A stretch of 64,000 nucleotides of DNA from Anthoceros angustus (Eukaryota > Plantae > Anthocerotophyta), in NCBI GenBank assembly GCA_010909165.1, contig MU008161.1, forward strand, positions 2,170,001 to 2,234,000, read 5' to 3'. The notes beneath the pieces were generated by a model, which saw only the letters and a list, made by a program, of their open reading frames with translations, was not told where the DNA came from and did not search any database. Positions 62,220-64,000 of the stretch are shown one piece after another. Both the position numbers and the translations under genes were made by a program. The first letter of the stretch is position 1; each line of letters starts with the position of its first letter.

Positions 62220-63490
62220 TTTAGTACCTCTCCCCCCCATGAGCACGCTGCCCTACACCTCGTTGGCTTTGGTGTTGAACAACTGGTACAAAGACCTTAC
62301 GGGCGCATTTGAGCGATCCGTAAACCTCATGCTCATCTCTCCTCACCAAACCGTGAGGATGAGGAGGGATGATCCAAGGTGCGTCCAGCCTGCCCATAGA
62401 AGATCTGCTATCCCAAGACAGGCGGGGATGGTACATGGGCATGCTAGTAGGCTGAGGACCAGCAACTCCAACGGTCTTCTCATTTCAAATTGTGTGCAAC
62501 CTTGCCCTCGCGCACTTCCTTTGCAAAGCCACATACAGGGGCTTTGTTCTCGCCATTCATTTCGGACATCGTGGTGGCCTCCTGGCTGAAAATGCCACAA
62601 ATCCGAACCCCTACTCCGACCTTGGGGTCTCTCATAACCTTGCATGAGGTTATGGTGCCGAAATCTGCAAACAACTCTCTCAACTTATCGCTTATCCGTG
62701 GTATCGTCCAGATGCTTAAGGCATGATTCACACCCGGTGAATCCTCTCTTGTCGTTCGCTCAAACTTGGCAGCCTTTGCCTCGCCTCATTTCTTCCGGCT
62801 CTTCCAACATACCACTCCTTATCATCGAACGCTTTCCATTCAACTAGCTCTCAAGCATCCTCTGCGTGTTCCAAGTTGACAAACCCAAAGCATTTCGACC
62901 TACCATCAACATCCCATTACAACCGGTGATGTTGCCATGAGCTCCAAAGATCTTCCTCAAGTCCTCATCGGTTGTGGTGTCCGCAAGGTTCTTCACATAG
63001 ACATTGTTGAACTTTGGCGCACCACTAGCTTGCTCCCTCTCCGGCGGACAAATGGGCCCACAAACACTTGCTTGTCATTCCACATCATGCCGCTCACTTT
63101 TTCAATGGCGCTTGGGCATCCTCGTCCTTCTCGAATTGCACAAACCCATATCCTCTAGATTGGCTCGAACCATCGGTGGCCACCTTGCGAGAGGATTGAC
63201 CCAAAGTTTGAGAATGTGTCAGAGGGCCCTATTATCAACGGACTTGTCTAGGTTCTTGATGAAGATGTTGGCAACTCCGCCATCCTCCGAATACTAGAGT
63301 CCCTATTCGAATACATAATCCGAATAGGTTTCCTTCCACAGGTGAAGTTCAAGACGCGTCCGCGCAAGCGTCGCTAGCTTGGTAGTAGTTCACATATGCG
63401 TATCCCACAAAGTCGCATGCCATCCATCACACCGAATAGAAACAATTGCCTAACTGGAAGATCTCGTAGAGATGAGCTTGGACACACTAG
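62220..63490 (-). pseudogene. processed poly(A)-binding protein (PABP) pseudogene
   Basis: Intronless remnants of RRM2 (GVANIFIKNLDKSVDNRAL), RRM3 (TNVYVKNLADTTTDEDL), RRM4 (DKLRELFADFGTITSCKVMRDP) and Pro-rich linker (MPMYHP); many lesions. Confidence 0.85.
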
Positions 63491-64000
63491 ACTCTAGGTC
63501 CCCACGTGAGGAGGGGCCAGGCGAGTAGGAAACGCAGTCCAAGTTGAGGAAGCGTTTGAGGGCACTTTACTGCGCCATGGTGACTCCTTAGCCCAATGAG
63601 CACGAAACTAGAAGAAACCCACACTGGAGCTGCTCCTAGATCTATAGACAGATAGCGGAAGTGTATGATCCCAAAGTCACAAGTCACAAGTGGTTAAACT
63701 TGTGCCATATGTAGACTAAGATAGGTGTCAAAGTGCACAAGTAATTAAACTTATGCTCTAACCCCCATATATAGACTCAAGGTAGGTCCTGAGAAACTCC
63801 CCTCCTTTAGAAACTTGGATGAAGTCTTGTATCCGGAGGAGCCAACTCGAAGTCCGCTTCCGCTTCGAGCGCACCATGAGGATACCTGGGAAGCGGAACG
63901 AGCCAACGATGCCGCATCACGCTCTTCTTCGGCCTCGGGTTCTACGAGCTGGTCCACACCGGGTGACAGGCCCTCAGAATCGAATATGATGTGGGTACTT

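Overview
Land-plant nuclear DNA, most likely a fern or other non-seed vascular plant. This is inferred from GT-AG introns, TTTAGGG repeats and a PLS-class PPR with an 'SWWTD' box. The first ~45.7 kb is gene-rich: tRNA-Leu(AAG), L-ascorbate oxidase, one very large Gln-rich gene of the plant At5g07940-like family (the two giant ORFs are exons of one gene), cytochrome b5-like protein, EMC3 head-to-head with U1-70K, MUTY glycosylase, an intronless threonine aldolase, a RING-H2 ORF, an HMA protein with EEKK repeats, an intronless PLS-E+ PPR and ATXR5/6. Satellites and retroelement remnants lie between these genes. The last ~18 kb holds local tandem duplications, a CACTA-like end, an RT-deleted Copia element with intact LTRs and TSD, interstitial telomere repeats beside a CRE-like retroelement fragment, and PPR, FANCD2 and PABP pseudogene fragments. 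The best novelty candidates are two unexplained fold-back hairpins (19.7 kb and 58.2-58.5 kb, possible MIRNA or hpRNA loci), the telomere-repeat/REL-retroelement association, and a short shared element with a micro-inversion that abuts two unrelated gene fragments. Caveat: many frameshifts are single-base deletions in G-runs or repeats, suggesting long-read consensus errors, so some 'pseudogene' lesions and duplications may be artefacts. All homology calls are by motif recognition and recollection; no database search was run.
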